Positions 41,060-53,471 of a stretch of 64,000 bases of DNA are shown one piece after another (the stretch's first letter is position 1; each line of letters opens with the position of its first letter). The DNA is from Tubulanus polymorphus. Its lineage: Eukaryota; Animalia; Nemertea. Both the position numbers and the translations under genes were made by a program. Location: positions 25,392,150 to 25,456,149 of the forward strand of contig NC_134026.1 of the NCBI RefSeq assembly GCF_964204645.1, in the 5' to 3' direction. The notes beneath the pieces are model-generated. The model did no database searches and was not told where the DNA came from. It saw nothing but the letters and a program-made list of their open reading frames with translations.

Positions 41060-41872
41060 TTATAGCCACATATATATTTCTAGCAGTTTCATAACATTTC
41101 GAAGAAAGAAATCACAATGAGCTGAACATTTTTGAATGATTTTCAATGGTTCGCGCCTAACAATTTCTTCTATCGAAAATTCTATACGAGGGTTGACTTT
41201 TCGAACTTTCAAAATGAAGTTAAAAACGCAACGGCTAACGGAGTGAATCGAGATGCATTTTTTTCGAGTTAATGATGTCATATACTTTATCCGATTGAAT
41301 TATCCACGCCTTCGTTTGTCATCGTTAGTCTTAATTAGACGAATGTTCAAAATGCAAAATACGTTCAACACTGTAGCGCGGCACCTAATTTTAACTCATT
41401 AATGTAATTTTAATGTTCATTCGAGCAATAAAGCCTCTGATGGCTCGGCTTAACGACGCAATTTCATCCGGAGTCTTAATACACTTTATTCAGATCGAAT
41501 TCTATAGACACAGTTCACCAAGCAATATTGACTGGAGAGAACTTTGAGATCCAGGTAAGCAAGCAACCGCAAACAAAGGACGAACTCGATAAGAAATGCT
41601 GCTTAGTTCCTTACGTTACCGCGTCTCAAAGCAAGCGTATTCGTAATACATAGATTGACCCCTGGCGGTGGCATATCATAACGACCACATTTTTGAAGGA
41701 ATGGCGACACCGCCTTGAGATGATACAAAACAACATCAGTTAAGATATTGTGTGAGGCTGTGTTTGCCTCCGCTAAACCGTCATTATAACTATGTAGGAG
41801 GCGTTTGATGCGTGCAAAGACTAACCCCGGGATTACTACTGACAGATTGACAGTAATGATGTTACTGAACAC
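41060..41872 (-). pseudogene. Degenerate LRR-coding block
   Basis: NIITVNLS..LVFARIKRLLH; ASHNILTDV; SIHSVSRCVFNFILKVRKVN; NVMKLLEIYM. Confidence 0.65.
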
Positions 41873-42246
41873 TTACTGAGATTCGATGTACCGTAGAGAG
41901 GAAGATTTGCTCATTAAGCTCTAGCGACGTGTGCATCGGTAAGAATCCCAACAACGATATACCGTCGGAATGCTATTTTCTTCGCAATTCCGCCTCTCCC
42001 TAGTCTCATTTCTCTACTGAGATGACGTTATAAATCATCGGCAAACAAGGAGCTGATTACATGGGTATTTTTCGTAATGTGCTCATCATTTATATATCGA
42101 TGAATAAATGACGTTACGTTTCAAAACTTCTTTTCACTCTATTGCTGCGATCAAATTATAACATCAACTACATTATACAAGGCGTTTGTTTATTCTTATC
42201 ATCCATCGGTTTGATAATCAATTTCTAATGTGGAATCGGGGGAAAA

Positions 42247-42501
42247 TTGTGGCAAAGATTGCTTCTTCATAAAATATGCAAACATCTATCAATGGTAGAT
42301 TTTGAATTCAGATACCGAAACGATGGCGTAGGCAGCTTACAGATCTTATTGTCAAAACATAACAAGAATGTTTCCGCTTTTGGTGGATTATTATCTCAGT
42401 GTTCGCTATGTTCATCTGTCTACACCGTCGAGAATGTCACTGTCTATCTTGAATGCGTTACAGGAAAGAATCATTCGCCCGGAGCGGAGAAAAATCCATA
42501 A
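42247..42501 (+). pseudogene. Degenerate LRR-coding fragment
   Basis: DGVGSLQILLSKHNKNVSAFGGLLSQCSL. Confidence 0.6.
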
Positions 42502-42584
42502 ATATCTGATAAAAAGAATGAGAGATCTTCACCTCGTTTAAGTCTGTAACTTACCTCAGCTCGATGAGCTGCCAGAGGCGGTGT

Positions 42585-43212
42585 TTAACCCTCGCATGAC
42601 GCACAGATGAAAGAGCTACTGTAGCGAGTATACGGAAGCGTACACCGCGAGAACCGGAGACTTCTCAGGCGGGAACTGTGTGTTTTGTCACGGCATAAGA
42701 AACAGATATCAATTATCCATAAAAGGAACGAAGAAGCCGAAGGCGAACGGTCGAATTGATAGGAAAGCTCCATACGTGTTCTCAATTAGACCTTTATTTT
42801 CGCTAGCACTAAATTGAGGCGGTTGAAATTGCTTCGATGCTTTATCAAGAAATCTCACCGATTTCATTTGTAAACGGATTAAGCCCGTCTATAGAATAAT
42901 GATTTGGCACCCCATCTATAAGATCTTGGACATCTATTCTATGCGACACATATCGACGATATGAGTAGGCCTAATCCCAAAATCAATTTTCCGTGTACTT
43001 GTACTTAAACCAGCTCCAGCAAATACATGAGTATCACTTGAGCAATAAATATACGACTTAAAGTAATTGACAGTTTGGTAAGCAATGTTGGAGTTCATGC
43101 TTCGAATGGAATGAAAAATCCAAAACACCATAGCAATCCCATGAGGACAAGAATAAAAGAAATGAAAAAACAAGAACCAACAGATCAAATATAAAATAAC
43201 AACATAAGTCAC
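42585..43212 (-). pseudogene. Degenerate LRR block with a possible signal-peptide/LRRNT remnant
   Basis: Hydrophobic VVILYLICWFLFFHFF followed by SCPHG; HVFAG..TRKIDFG; SRLRSLRFSRCTL. Confidence 0.45.
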
Positions 43213-43399
43213 TTAATCAATTTTTTTCTTTTTACCGAACTCGCGCCAGTGAATGACGCGAGCCTTTACGAAAACGTTGCCGCAATCATTTTAATTACAA
43301 AAATAATTCAACATAATTAACACAATCGTTATAAATACAAATCATCAAATGCGATACATAATATATGAATGCAGATATATAAATTTATACATAAAAATT

Positions 43400-46090
43400 A
43401 AATGTCACAGCTGCTTATTGATGATGAAAATAATATCGAGGTTTCACACACGACGCCATTACTGATCACTAGTATCAAATGTAAAAATGGCTGCTTACAA
43501 AATGTATCTTGTCACTGTCAATCAACGCAATAATAACGTCTAGCACAAAATGAAGATGAGTAGTTTAAGGTACCTACTAAAAGATGCTGCGACCTTTTGC
43601 GTATATCCATCAGCTAATGTTGGTATGAATATATCCATCCTGGGATCAATATGGAGTCAGTGTCCTTCGTCGTGCGTGACGTGTCTTTCGTGAGAGCGTC
43701 GCACACCGCTGAAAACCGGTACTAAATTCGGGCCTCACGGGGATTTGGGTGGTACGAAAATAGCTGCATACCGCACTCCGTCACCACGTTTCGTACAAAT
43801 GCGATGAATTATGCAAAATCATGTTGATCACCTGATTATGTGTGGCGACAGCGAGTTGAGTCAGTGTTGATTGACTATCTGTTGTTGTTATACATCGTGG
43901 AAGCCGGTTCCATACACGGGTCCGAACGGCGATACATCATCGGTCGTTGAATTCGGATTAGGGAAGGGAAATATCGGATACGCTGCATCATCGCCGTAGA
44001 AGAATATTCATTTCGTCGTAGTTTTTACTTTTCGTTCATTGATCACCGGCAATGGACGAATGCGAGCTCAGAAACAGCGCTGAATACATCTCGCATTCAA
44101 CATACCCATTAGCGAATTATGAAACCATTTTAGTCCGTTGAATAAAACCTGTATTTTGAAGCTAGAAATAGCTTTCGAATTATTGTTCAGGTATTAGCTG
44201 ATCGAGATTACCCATTTGGTTATAATGTCAAACAGCCACTGACAAATAAGTTTAACGGTGGCATTTCAGCTGTATTCCCATCTCTCTGAAAGTATTAGCG
44301 GTTATACATAATGTAATGTATGATGTATATAAGTGATTACATTTTTTTTTCGTGCTTGTCTAGACTGATCGGCTTGAGACCCATCGGAGGAAAAGTACAG
44401 GAACACTGGCAATAAGATTAATGTTATGTCGATAAATGTATATAGGCCTACTCAAATGGTCGAACTGAAGAAAAAATCTCATAACAGGAAACGGGAGTAG
44501 CTTTGCGTGAACCTATATGATTTCGCTTTTCTGGGTTGACAGTGGTTGAGTAGAATTGTATCTGAATTATCAAAATCTGGTCAAACGGATATTTGACACG
44601 CGGATAAAGCCTGTGCCGAATAATGACTGATTACTATCGAACCTTTGAATACTTGTTATGTATTCGAGAAGCAGACTTCATTAGCCTTCTCGAATTGAAA
44701 TTGCCCCATTGATCTGTGGATGAAATCAATCATTTGTCACTGACCTCTCTCCACTGGCAAAGGCAACGCCGAGAGCCACGACCATGGCGGAGTCCACTTA
44801 CTCGCATTCGCAGCAACTTAATCGGATTGGCTTTAATGGCCACTTCAGCCTGAAAATCCAGAAATAAAATTACTTTGGTAAATGGCTGACTATCAAATTA
44901 GACCGAACCACCGCTGCAATTCAATCTTCGGGGACTGGCGAATTAAGACTATTTGTAGTCTGTGCATTGCGCTGACGACCGTCCTGGGAATTAACCGAAT
45001 ATGCATAGACATATATAACATGCTTTGTGCAGCGTTCCGGATTCAGTATTCTGAATTAGAATTCTAGAGAATCAATCTTAGCCTTGATTTTTTCAACCGC
45101 TTAGAGACTTATGTTCGAAATAGTGAATGTTTCATGCAAACGCGTAATGTACGGCTGGTTTCTAAGTTTAGAAAAACGTAAATGAAAATTGATGATACAT
45201 ATCTAAATATCTCCGTAAATAATTACCCAAAATTTATATCGGGAGGAAATTGAAAAAAATATCTTCTGAAAGTCGGAAAACAATCAAGATAGGAGTATGT
45301 GAGTATAAAGCTCCATCTCTCTTCCGGCTGGGTAGATTTGAAAACTGCATATCAGAGTATCACAAATCTCCCAAGATATCGAAATTCGATCCTTTTATAC
45401 GAAGCACGCAGAAAATATTGCCGCACCAACAACGCTCTTCAAGCCGAGCGAGGCGCACGACGCACTTGATTGATTTTATTCTTATTTGATCAAATTGGAG
45501 CCGAGCTGGGAGGCAAAAGACGACGAGAGGCGCATACGCAATCAATGGTTATTTGATTAAAGCGGCCGAGCGTCCTCAGACGACAGCGCTATGCATGCTG
45601 GGTAACCGACGACACAGCAGCCAGCTGCGTCACGTGGTGTGTATGAAATCGCAGCAAAACGCGAAGGTTAATTAAGATGTCAGTTTTAGCCACCGCCAGT
45701 CGATATCACCCTCGACATCCGTAATTACACGACAAGCCCGCCAGTCTTGTGATAACATTTATGTAAGATTGAAATTTGATGTGACGCGAAATTATCTCCA
45801 GCAGCTATATCGCAAAACGTAGTTTTTTTCGTTTTTCCCGAGATTTGACGTACGTAGAACTAGAATATGACTTATTTCCATGGTTATTTTTTGTCTCTTT
45901 CAGAATGGGAAAAGATTAGAAAATCCTTCCCTGATCATTAGTTGGAGATTGTGATACACGCATATGGTATATACGCTACCTTTACGCTTATCCCCGGCGA
46001 TAATATGGAAAGCTGAAACCAATACATATACACTACGAAATTACAAACCATTGGCAAATATCTGCATGCTTTTCAATTAACTTGGGCTTA
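43400..46090 (+). pseudogene. Degenerate LRR-coding block
   Basis: SQLLIDDENNI; SLKVLAVIHNVM at 44283; SLFRLGRFENCISE; LKFDVTRNYLQQL at 45769; LTYVELEYDL; LFQNGKRLENPSL. Confidence 0.7.
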
Positions 46091-46198
46091 GGAGCGCGTG
46101 GGTATGATATGATTTTATCTGTCAAGTCCGACACCACACCGCAGGCTTGATGTAATTGGCATGTTATGCATAGCTGTCAAAGCCATCCTGAATCTTGA

Positions 46199-47420
46199 TT
46201 ATAAGCGGCCAGAGCTATAAACGAATACCTTTTTCAACTGCTGCCATCTTACGATAGATGTGATGTACTTCATGAAGCGCCAGAATGCAAACGAATGAAA
46301 GCCAGACGACAGCACAAATCGGGATGCCCATTGCCAGCAGTGGTTTGGCTTTTCGAATAATCTGAAAAAAACTAGAATCGAACCACAGTCGACTGGCATT
46401 ACAACAAGATGAGGGCTTATTTTGTAATCGGAAGACATTACTCGTTGGACTGTCCGATTTTAAGACGTTAACGATGTCATTTAAGATCGCCTTTCGGACC
46501 TGTCGAGTAATCCGAACCATAAACAGCCCCGGAAGCACGATTGCTGTCGGATTTTGGGATTAAAGGCAACTAAGAATGCCTTGTCGATACGGCTCAGCAT
46601 GTCTGGAGCATGCCCTTCACACCACCCCAATGCATCGCGTCGCATTAGCCACATTGCATCAGGACCTGTCATCCGAACACTTGGCAATCTTCAACCGCGA
46701 TTTATTTATATGCTTGCCCCACACCACTCAGCTCGTTGTCAAGAATACGCCGTCGTAATGAAACTGGGTGAAAATGGACGCCAATGCAAATAAATCACCG
46801 ACTTGCGCAATATATACTCGTTTTGTCGAAGCCGATATTTCCTCCAAACTATTATTGATCCGGTACTTTGTCGACAGAAAGGGTAATGGGAAATCTGCAT
46901 AAACAAAATTAGTGATATCAACCAAACAGCAAACTATGAAATGATGTGGCACGCATACAAATTCGCGTCAACTCAGATCTGTCTTGGGTTTGACGTCACA
47001 ACGAGTTTTTCGTCGTGATATTCTCGACTACGGTAGACTCTTTTGGAAGACGTAAACAAAAAAAACAAAAAAGAAACATCTCGGTAAAAATCATTTCAAA
47101 GCCTATAAAGTGACACAATTATTAATAACGTTGTGTCAAATGTTCGTTTCGAAGTATCACAGCATGATTAACTGGCCAAAAACCAACTACTGACATTGGC
47201 CTTAGGAAAATCCCTGAGATGATAATAACGACGTCGTTAGCGTACACACCAGTTTTCTCTTGCCGGTAACGGCTAATAAATCGGGGAATATTCTTTCGCC
47301 AGACAAATCTCAGCAGTTGCCAACATGTTCTGCAAGTCTGCGTCAGTCGACAGAAAACCAGCCCATAAATAACGACATCAATGCAATTGGACATTCAGCT
47401 CTCGAAGGTTCGGTCACAGT
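46199..47420 (-). pseudogene. Degenerate LRR-coding block
   Basis: PNLRELN(frameshift)MSNCIDVV..VFCRLT from 47413; VYANDVVIIISGIF; INNSLEEISAS; ORF 46215 with ASRLWFDSSFFQII and SFVCILALHEVHHIYRKMAAVEKGI. Confidence 0.6.
46554..46793 (+). pseudogene. Degenerate LRR-coding fragment overlapping the minus-strand block
   Basis: GLKATKNALSI; RISHIASGPVIRTLGNLQ; VMKLGENG. Confidence 0.55.
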
Positions 47421-47517
47421 TGGGCGCTCACTGGCAAATAACGAATATCAAATAAGTACAGCGGGGAATGGAAAAGGTTAATGGCTTTTTGGTCCTTTTT
47501 GGCGAAGTAAGTTTAAT

Positions 47518-48250
47518 TCGCTTCTGCTAGTTACAAAGTGTGCATACTGAGCATTAGTAATCAGAATATTGTGAGCAACTAGCGCAGTAAAAGTGGCGGG
47601 ATAATTAACATCATTAAATAATACGTCGGAGCAACAAAATGCGTGCTGTGTATGTAGAGGACAGGCGTTATCGCAGTGGAATATATTTACGTGCTTTTTC
47701 TCGTAATGCGAATTGTACGGTCAACCCAAGTCACGATCCTCAGTTCCCATCGACGCCCCTAGGGTTTGTCTCAGGAAAAATCGTTTGTTACGCTGCAAAA
47801 CCGTGTGATTGTTTAATATCAAGTGACATTAATAACTTGCTTGGCTGGATGACACTGATATCAAACAAATCACAAAATTGCACAGTACGTCTCATCAGAA
47901 CGCGCACTGACTCACGTTTCAAAGATTACATCATTGACCTGTTATTAATTGGTCTAAACCATCGCTGAAAATGAACAGTCAATTTCACAGTGTATGCAGA
48001 TCGATGCCGTAATTTGTCAGTTACGCCACAAAGCGCGACCACAATAGGTGGTAATTATGTTAGACGCCAGGTTCTTTAGCTTCAGTAATCGACAAAAATA
48101 TGGAAGGAAATAAACATATGCCACTAGTAATGAGAAATATGCCCGAACCTGATTAACTGCTTGGCTCGCTTGGACACAGATTAGGCGTTTGTCTTTAAGA
48201 ACCTGTGATCGATGTAATTTTTGTATTTTAGGGAAAGATAATTACACAAC
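47518..48250 (+). pseudogene. Degenerate LRR-coding block
   Basis: KVCILSISNQNI; MRAVYVED..IYLRAFSRNAN; VFKNL*SM*FLYF near 48190. Confidence 0.5.
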
Positions 48251-48755
48251 TCTTTTCCCTGATTCATACGAATAAATTAAATGAGAGATCGAGTAGTCTG
48301 GGGTTGGGTAATTAATCACTACTTCAGAACTCTGCCAGTGTTTTGTCAACAAACAGTGGGACTGCGGGCCCGGAGAACGACGTCAAATCCATCATCAGAT
48401 TTTTCTTAAATATTTACACATATTTCAAGTAGAGTGCGTGTGCAGCAATGCGGCATGTCGTGTACAAATATGCTGAATGTTTATAACGCTTAGTGGCCGC
48501 AAAAAACTAATCGACGCAGGAAAAAGTAGTGGACCGGGGCTGGAAAGTCGACATAATGATTGACTTTCATTGAGTTTAGTTTCGTAGCCACAGTGCCCTC
48601 TACATGAGATCTTGTTAGCTGAAACAAGAACATTTATTGACGCCTTGAAAAATAGTACATATATTATGTAATATTAATGATCAATGAAGTTATTTTGGAT
48701 TTTAATGTATTGAGAATTGAATCGAATTGCCCGGTTACCAGTCAACCCCGATATA

Positions 48756-48908
48756 GATGACGTAGTGCACATCCTCTCAAAAATAATTATCAACATTTAT
48801 CAAAAATAAGAAAAGAGTCATAGAATATATTTGTTACAAAATAAGCGCCAAAATTCACGATTGTAATTGTTATTTCGAAACGCCAATATTGATGACGTAG
48901 TGCACATC
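48756..48908. repeat. Exact 18-bp direct repeat, 135 bp apart
   Basis: gatgacgtagtgcacatc occurs at 48756-48773 and at 48891-48908. Confidence 0.9.
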
Positions 48909-50080
48909 GACTACTGACACACTTAAATAACGCGTACTAGGTATCACTGTTAAACATTAAACATTATCGCAACGGATTTTACGACGTCAGAAACACTGAT
49001 GGTTTCGTGGACGGCTAACAAGACTGAATATTCTGGCAAACCTGGGCTCGGTTCCACAGGGTTCATTTCTAAGTATATGTTTGATCCAAAAGTCAAAGTC
49101 GAATCCACAAAATATGGATTCCTGAAGCTGAATGTTGTTGCAATCAATGAAGTGATATCAGCCCTAGGCTAGTAGGTCTACATCTTTTTATAATATTGCG
49201 AAAGCTCTTGTATGTCGATAAAAACAATAACTGTACATATATTGCTTCCCATCTATCATCAACAGACCTCCCATAGTAGAGTTCAATGTGAGGTAACCCT
49301 AAGTGTCCCATCTACTGTTATAACGTCCGGCAAAATATACATTTGTTGGCTCTGTATCGGTGGCAATAAGTATGGCTATAAATTCCGGAAACTGTCTCTG
49401 CCATGCAAGGGTGGATGAATATCTGAGCATCGTCCCAAATGAATTTTTTATAATTTTTTCGTCGGCAATGCTAATGCGATATATTACATTGTGGTGAAGT
49501 GTTTCTGGTTGAAATCGAAGGATACAATTTTTGCAAGTAGCATAACATATAATCCACTAAAACTCTCGATTTATGTCCGATTGTTCAGAAACGATCAATT
49601 TTCATGTGAGTCGATTGTTGTGGCGAAGATTGACAGTTCTACAGATAAGTCTTATCTAACGCTAGGAAATAGTAACCCCTTTGACAAAATGATGAAGAAT
49701 TCGATAAATCAAATCGAAATTACAGCTCGGATTCACTCATATTCTATATCCCACGCACTCCACATAATGGATGCTGAACGCACACGCAAGGTGTGGATTG
49801 AGCACGTTCTATTCGTTGAGCTCATCACTATGGTGGCTGATAAGAAATTTGGGTAAAACTATTCAACGCAAACTATTCTTTGCAATGGATAAATTTCGTA
49901 ATTATCTTTTTTTTCTCGCCAAACTGCGCTTCTTCGAATTCTGAAATATTCAGGAAGCTTCCCGCTTAGAGAAGGCTATCATCAATCATATCTCAGTTCT
50001 GAGAATTCTAAATGAAAAGTAGTTAATCATTGAAATAGTGTCTATTTGATGGCCATTTAGATGGATATTACATGTTTACC
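48890..50080 (-). pseudogene. Degenerate LRR-coding block
   Basis: HLNGHQIDTI; LRNLSIAKNSLR from 49901; RTVNLRHNNRLT; FSGLYVMLLAK(frameshift)NCILRFQPET; VKSVAIMFN. Confidence 0.6.
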
Positions 50081-50686
50081 CTGTGACTCACATAACATTA
50101 ACACTGTCTGCATGGTGGTAGTGTATCCTCGAGTTTTTTTAATGGCGTGAAGGTCTATTTGTAAATGGCATCATGATGAGAACGGAACGGGTAAACCTAA
50201 TGCTGACGAAGTCACAGTGTCTATTAAAAAGTGAAGGACGATTGTAAACTAATAACCGTGAGACCAACAATTATCTTCTAGACTCTACGCATGTGAAAGC
50301 ACAAGTGTTGAGAACTACTGAAATATTGTGGTCATCATTCAGAGCACCAGCGTAGAGATCTACGTAAATCACAAAAATAAAACTTTTCAATTATCAATTT
50401 CCTGATATCCACGCTGACGTCTTGTTAAACTTTGAACATTTTTCGTATTTCTTAATGACATGATTGAATATTCTGAACAGGATCTTCGTATCCATCAGCT
50501 TGTTGATGAAATATTCCCAAGAGATATAGGTTTTGAGGCATTAAAATAAATCACCGAACAGCCGAAGGAAATTGAAATCTATTTGGTCGTTTCTTTCGAA
50601 AATTTAATACAAGAACGTGTCCCATGTGGTCGGGTGATGTTGAATTTAAAACAACTCAATTTACCCGACTTTCCTCGGCTAAGTTG

Positions 50687-51152
50687 TCAGCCTCGCTTTC
50701 TTTGCAAAGGCATCCCCATTAACAAATTTGTAAGGTGGGTTTTTTGAGAAATTTTCCACCGTGTATCGTGAATTATTTTCAAGCTGAAGTGAAAATCCTG
50801 AGAGTTGTCTAGAATAGAAATGTTACGAATAATAAAAAGTTGTGTGAAACTTCTAAACGCTGTATAATGCAAGTACTCCGAACAAGAAAGTACCGGCACG
50901 TAAGACGCCTGAGACAGCATCGGTTTTTAATGAAAATACAGTATAGGTCTTATATAGATCACATTATATCAATGAGAATTCTGCAACCCGATTATATGCA
51001 GTCCAAACAATGCTACCAGTGGCGTTCAGAAATCGAACAACCGAGGCAAACTTCTGATCAAATAGGGATTTGTTCAGCGAAGAGAAACGAGCGTCGCTAG
51101 AAAATGAGTAAGCCACATTGCAGCACATTTTATTGTCTTCTGACTCAGACAT
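50687..51152 (-). pseudogene. Degenerate LRR-coding block
   Basis: EYLHYTAFRSFTQLFI; THLTNLLMG; FSSLNKSLFDQ; VWTAYNRVAEF. Confidence 0.6.
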
Positions 51153-51249
51153 TGTGACAAATAGCGAAAAATGACATTATTTTCTAGCATAACAAGCGAT
51201 ACTGGCAACGCGGAAGATGGATGAGAAGAATTTGTAAGAGCAGATTACT

Positions 51250-51513
51250 ATGCCACTCGACGTGATGTGGTGTCGCACAACGATTCGGTTCCTGATTTGT
51301 TTGGCATTCCTTCACCGAAAGTGTAATAGCGGACACATGCCTACCACATATGCAACGTCTGCACGAAGACCGGGGAAACAGATTTGCATAATTGAATCTT
51401 TATTGGTTCTGAGATTTTCAAAAAACGCGACCCAGTGTAGTAAATCTTATAACACGCAACGGGTCGATAGCTTGCCCCGTGTTACTGTATGCGAGACAAC
51501 TTTGGCGAAGTGA
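51250..51513 (+). pseudogene. Degenerate LRR-coding fragment
   Basis: IESLLVLRFSKNATQ; VDSLPRVTV. Confidence 0.6.
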
Positions 51514-51931
51514 CAGTAAAAACGACAACTTAGCATGTAGTCAATGTCAACAAAAATTCAGATGACAAGAGTTATTGCAACCGAATCGCGCCCACTTAGT
51601 CTGTTAAATTGCCGATTTATGACAACAAATATAATCTCTTGACAGGCAATATGACTATTCGAGCAATCGGAATTAGCCAAATCACTGAAAGCTTTTACTG
51701 AAAATCCGCAATTGCCACGTCAAACTTTAATGTGCATTATATAGACTCGATTCATTTATTAATCTATCAGTAAAAGGGTAATCAGTTGAAAGTTTCCAGT
51801 CGTTAATTGAATAAAGGTAGCGACGATTTAGATGCAGCGGTGCCGAGACTAATCATGCAGATATTGTTCGCTTCATAGCTCAAGGCCATTTACCATTTTT
51901 TTTTACAAAATGCAATACAATATGCTATTGT

Positions 51932-52670
51932 CTACGAATAATAGTGTTCACAGAATATTTGACGAACGTGGGGACTAACTAATCCATGCTTATAAAGATG
52001 CTCCACTACCCCTGCCATAATAAAACCGCCTGCACGGATCGGCCGGAAGTAGCACACCATCGACACGGAAGCAAGGCGGATGTCACCAGACTGTTGGCTT
52101 CTGGGCAATGCGTTGTTTGAAAATATCTCAAATGACGAGTCTCTTTCAACTAGACACAAAGCTGGTCAACCTTTTTTCAAATGAAAGTGTAGAAATGACA
52201 CTAAAGATCGAATATCTAATAAGTAGTGATCACATGATTTTGATATTGTCAGGAAGATGTCCTGAAGGGCTGTCGTGTGAATAATACTCCTGTGGCTGAA
52301 ACCTTCGTTGTACGAACAAATCTCACATAATTAAGAAGACTGATCACAGCTAGATGCAACAAACATTCAAAAACTAATCTGTAATCTGTTTGAGGATATT
52401 TGTTCAAGATACGAAACGGAGACCGTGTTTACGCATGCAAAACTTGGACGACGGACGCGCGCATAATGAAAGGCTTGTGAGAATAGTAACATACACCATT
52501 ACGAAAATGAGAAAAGTTGAGGAGACATTTATGAAGACAAATGTTACTGTTAAGCTGACTGTAATGATGAAACAGTATCTTTCTATTTCGTAGTTAACTT
52601 TTATTGCGTAATGTGCTCGGGGTATTAGGTTTCCTTCATTTAAAACCGACAGAACGAAGATTATCGGCAA
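51932..52670 (-). pseudogene. Degenerate LRR-coding block
   Basis: EIERYCFIITVSLTVTFVFIN; ILTSLSLCA; IRAGGFIMAGVVEHLYKHG; PHVRQIFCEH. Confidence 0.55.
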
Positions 52671-53041
52671 AAATTCAATTTTCGTTTTGAACTACTTTTT
52701 CCAAATTTAAGCGAATACGGTTAAGGTAATAACCGTTCGAGCTGGGAAGCAGTAGACATTTCGTCGCTGTACATTTGGCATCATCATTAAACTCCATTAC
52801 CATCGAACATTACTACGATTTCAGTCGTTAACAAGATCGTTATCGGTACTGCAGCAGGAAGCGAATATTGTCTCCTAATAATGCTAGAGACATTCTTCAC
52901 ATTTGTTAGGGTCAGAGAAACATTATCCTTACTCGTACTTAGAGAGAATAACAATAACGAAGTCTAAGTAATTTATATATGTTGAATAAAGTGTCACAAT
53001 ATATTGACGTCTATCTTATTTATCCACTGACGTCATGACAG

Positions 53042-53109
53042 TTTCGGGAATTATTCTAAATCCAATCTCCGGTTCTCCGAGTATATGGGAATTAGAATAA
53101 TTACCGAAA
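53042..53109. repeat. 68-bp near-perfect palindrome/hairpin
   Basis: tttcgggaattattctaaatcca...tgggaattagaataattaccgaaa. The arms pair with few mismatches. Confidence 0.85.
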
Positions 53110-53285
53110 TAGGGTTTTTCACTGAATAAACTTAGGAAATGCGTCTATACCGTCGCAGAATTTATCTGTTTGATTACTGGAAAAAACAAGAAAGCTTAAA
53201 CATTCTATACAAAATGCACCTTAGGAGGAGTTCAAAAGACTATATCTTTTGAATGAATACTTGTATTGTAAGTTAATATCTATGA

Positions 53286-53471
53286 ATGATAGCCCTTAGG
53301 ATTAATGCTGGCCAGTCGGGACATGGGCAGATCCTCGTACCTTCTACTGTTGTTATGTTACGTCAAAGTCTCCAACCGAAAAACAAACTATATGACGTCA
53401 CGTACAATGTAAGGTCTGTTCGCTGTAAGGTAATGGGGGCTCGAATCCGGATTTATCGGCATCGACAATGA
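53286..53471 (+). pseudogene. Degenerate LRR-coding fragment
   Basis: MIALRINAGQ; KLYDVTYNVRSV. Confidence 0.4.

Noticed and set aside
46215-46340. Single-pass TM segment (LLAMGIPICAVVWLSFVCILAL) ending an LRR receptor
   Set aside because: It reads better as a degenerate LRR continuing into LHEVHHIYRKM. No intact upstream frame exists.
48756-49260. GRL101/LGR-type GPCR TM1-TM3 remnant (TLTFGSNIY, SVSD, VVDVHY)
   Set aside because: The same text fits LRR spacing (VKSVAIMFN, VVDVHY) equally well, and no convincing hydrophobic helices are present.
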